This document shows, in pieces, positions 23,192-25,220 of a stretch of DNA of 25,220 bases. Position 1 is the stretch's first letter, and every line of letters starts with the position of its first letter. Below the pieces are notes generated by a model that had not been told where the DNA came from, did not search any database, and saw only the letters and a list, made by a program, of their open reading frames with translations. The stretch covers positions 1 through 25,220 of IMG/VR virus record IMGVR_UViG_3300020362_000305; one strand, 5' to 3'. The translations under genes and the position numbers were made by a program. This stretch comes from a virus. Lineage: Duplodnaviria; Caudoviricetes.

Positions 23192-25220
23192 ATGCCAAGC
23201 AATTATAAAACTGTCATAAATTTCAGAGATGGTATTCAAGTTGATACTGATGACCTGATCTCTAATAATGGTCTGGTAGGTATTGGTAGTACCATACCTA
23301 GACAGCAGTTAGATGTCCGTGGAAATGTAATAGTATCAGAGAACTCAGAATTTAATAATGTAAAAGTAACAGGTATTACTTCATTCCAGAATGATGTTGC
23401 TGTTAGCAGTGGATCTTCAGTAGGTATTGGAACTTCAGTTCCAGAAGCAGCGTTTCAAGTTGGTATTGGAACTACAGGATTTACAGTAGATGAACAAGGT
23501 AATGTTACTGCAGTAGAATATTACGGTTCTGGTGCAAATTTAACAAATATTCCCGCATCAGTTTGGACAAATCCTGGTGCAGGTAATACTATTTTTACAC
23601 TAAAAGATGTAGGAATTGGAACTGAACAACCTAGAGATGGTGCAGATTTTGGTGTAGGATTTGAAATATTAATGGATGCCGAGAGTGGTATTGGTACATT
23701 TGAAGGCATAGTAACAAAAAATATTACAGTATTAAATCAAACAGGTGCAGGTCAGGGTAATGTAGAGGCAGATGTTGGTACATTTTCAACCATAACAGTA
23801 TCAAATACTGCTACCATTGACAAATTAGACGGAAATTTAATAGGTTTATCAACAATAGTTGGTACTGCATCATCAGCTAATACAATATTAGTCACAGATG
23901 AGTCCACTGATAACTTAATGTATCCAGTATTTGTAAGTGGACGAGTAATAGGTGGAGAGATAGTTACTGGATTCCAAACTGCAAGAGCAGGGTCAAATCT
24001 CAGATTTGATTCATCAACTGGAACATTTAGTGCTACATCTTTGACTGCTGCAGGTGGTATCAGTATTGGTCCTGGCGGTATTATGACTGCAACCACATTT
24101 AGTGGAACTGCAACTACAGCATTAAATGCATCAATAGCTTATGGCATAGGTGGAGATCCAGATATACAAGTAGATTCTGTTGACATCAATGGTACAGCAC
24201 CCACATTCCTCAGAGGTGCAGGGGTCAGCACAGTAGGAGAAGATTTAAGAGTTGGAAACTTCTTAGGTGTAGGTAATACTGTATCTGCTGTTGGTGATGC
24301 AGGTGGATTTATTGGTACAGTTAGAGTACATAATGGTGATCTAATATTAGGTGGAAGTATATCAATCGGTGGTAGTTTAGTAGGTAGCGTTGAACTAGGT
24401 TCTACACAAAATATCAATGTACTTAATGTTGGTGCAGGTTTATCTGTCGCAGGTATATCAACATTCCAAGGAACTGTTACAGGTGGTGCTGACTTTAATG
24501 TTACTGGAACTGTAACCGCAGGAGAACTAGATGCAACTGATAGTTCAAATATTGGTGGAGGACAGACTATTGGTAGTGGTCTAGTTGTTGGTAATACTGT
24601 TGCAGGGTCAGATATAAGAGTGTTGAATGGTGGTGGACTAATCATAGGATCAGGAATTACTATGAATGGTGATATCACTGGTGTTGATGACATTACAGCG
24701 ACTGGTGCTATTAGTGGTGGTAATATTACAGGTGCAAATTTAGTTGGATCTAATTTAAATGTTGCAGGTATTTCTACATTAGGTTCTGCAAACTGTAGTA
24801 ATCTATCAATAGCAGGTGGATTAAATGTAACGGGTATTGGAACTATATCAACGGGTCAGATTAAGATTGATGGTCTTACAGGTGTTGTATCTGCTGTTGG
24901 ATATAGAGCATCAGGTGTTAGTACATTTACTGATTTATTGATAACAGGTGGACAGAACACTAGAATGTTCAGTCAATATGTTGGAGTCAATACTGGAGTT
25001 CGTAAAATTACTGATGGTGTTGAGATATATCGTACACAGTCAGAATTGTTCATGGACGCATACTCTCAGGGTATAGGTATCGGAACAACATCTGGAGACA
25101 GATTGATGAACAGTAAGTTATATGTTGGATACGGTAGAAATGGAAATGCTCTATTAGATTCAGTAAGTATATTTGAGAGTGGTAGTATTGGTATTGGTAC
25201 AACAGCAGTTGAAGCTACAA
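23192..25220 (+). CDS. Tail-fibre-like protein with VGIGT / GISTF repeats, 3'-partial
   Basis: Not in the ORF track (no stop in the window). MPSNYKTVINFRDGIQVDTDDLISNNGLVGIGSTIPRQQLDVRGN...; still in frame at the window end (GSIGIGTTAVEAT). Confidence 0.85.
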   Translation, partial: MPSNYKTVINFRDGIQVDTDDLISNNGLVGIGSTIPRQQLDVRGNVIVSENSEFNNVKVTGITSFQNDVAVSSGSSVGIGTSVPEAAFQVGIGTTGFTVDEQGNVTAVEYYGSGANLTNIPASVWTNPGAGNTIFTLKDVGIGTEQPRDGADFGVGFEILMDAESGIGTFEGIVTKNITVLNQTGAGQGNVEADVGTFSTITVSNTATIDKLDGNLIGLSTIVGTASSANTILVTDESTDNLMYPVFVSGRVIGGEIVTGFQTARAGSNLRFDSSTGTFSATSLTAAGGISIGPGGIMTATTFSGTATTALNASIAYGIGGDPDIQVDSVDINGTAPTFLRGAGVSTVGEDLRVGNFLGVGNTVSAVGDAGGFIGTVRVHNGDLILGGSISIGGSLVGSVELGSTQNINVLNVGAGLSVAGISTFQGTVTGGADFNVTGTVTAGELDATDSSNIGGGQTIGSGLVVGNTVAGSDIRVLNGGGLIIGSGITMNGDITGVDDITATGAISGGNITGANLVGSNLNVAGISTLGSANCSNLSIAGGLNVTGIGTISTGQIKIDGLTGVVSAVGYRASGVSTFTDLLITGGQNTRMFSQYVGVNTGVRKITDGVEIYRTQSELFMDAYSQGIGIGTTSGDRLMNSKLYVGYGRNGNALLDSVSIFESGSIGIGTTAVEAT

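Noticed and set aside
23521-24693. Minus-strand ORFs near the window end
   Set aside because: Shadows of the open + strand fibre gene starting at 23192.
1-25220. tRNA, CRISPR array, intron/intein, intrinsic terminators
   Set aside because: The window is almost fully coding with very short gaps. By eye I saw no cloverleaf, spaced repeats, intein motifs or convincing hairpin-plus-U-tract; a covariance search was not possible.

Overview
This is an AT-rich segment of a T4-like marine cyanomyovirus (Prochlorococcus/Synechococcus-phage type). The baseplate/tail morphogenesis genes are gp48 (partial), gp2-like, gp4, gp54-like, gp26, gp51, two paralogous tape-measure-like genes (the second carrying an M15 peptidase), a gp27-like hub and a gp5 spike split over several genes. 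Auxiliary metabolic genes (ho1, cp12, a 2OG-Fe(II) oxygenase) are interleaved with them. A convergent cluster of unannotated secreted and membrane proteins lies at 14.6-17.8 kb, and two large fibre/structural genes close the window. Six genes missing from the supplied ORF track were found by hand translation (gp48, gp51, a 43-aa basic ORF, three small ATGA-coupled minus-strand ORFs), plus the open-ended final fibre gene. The most notable hypotheses are: (1) a lambda G/GT-like -1 frameshift (T TTT TTC) fusing gp26 to gp51 just upstream of the tape-measure genes; (2) a phage-encoded cell-envelope module including a TolC-half-repeat-like protein whose signal peptide has no nearby canonical start codon; (3) a 54-bp in-frame DNA duplication shared by two unrelated tail genes. 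All family calls rest on motif recognition and synteny, and no searches were run.
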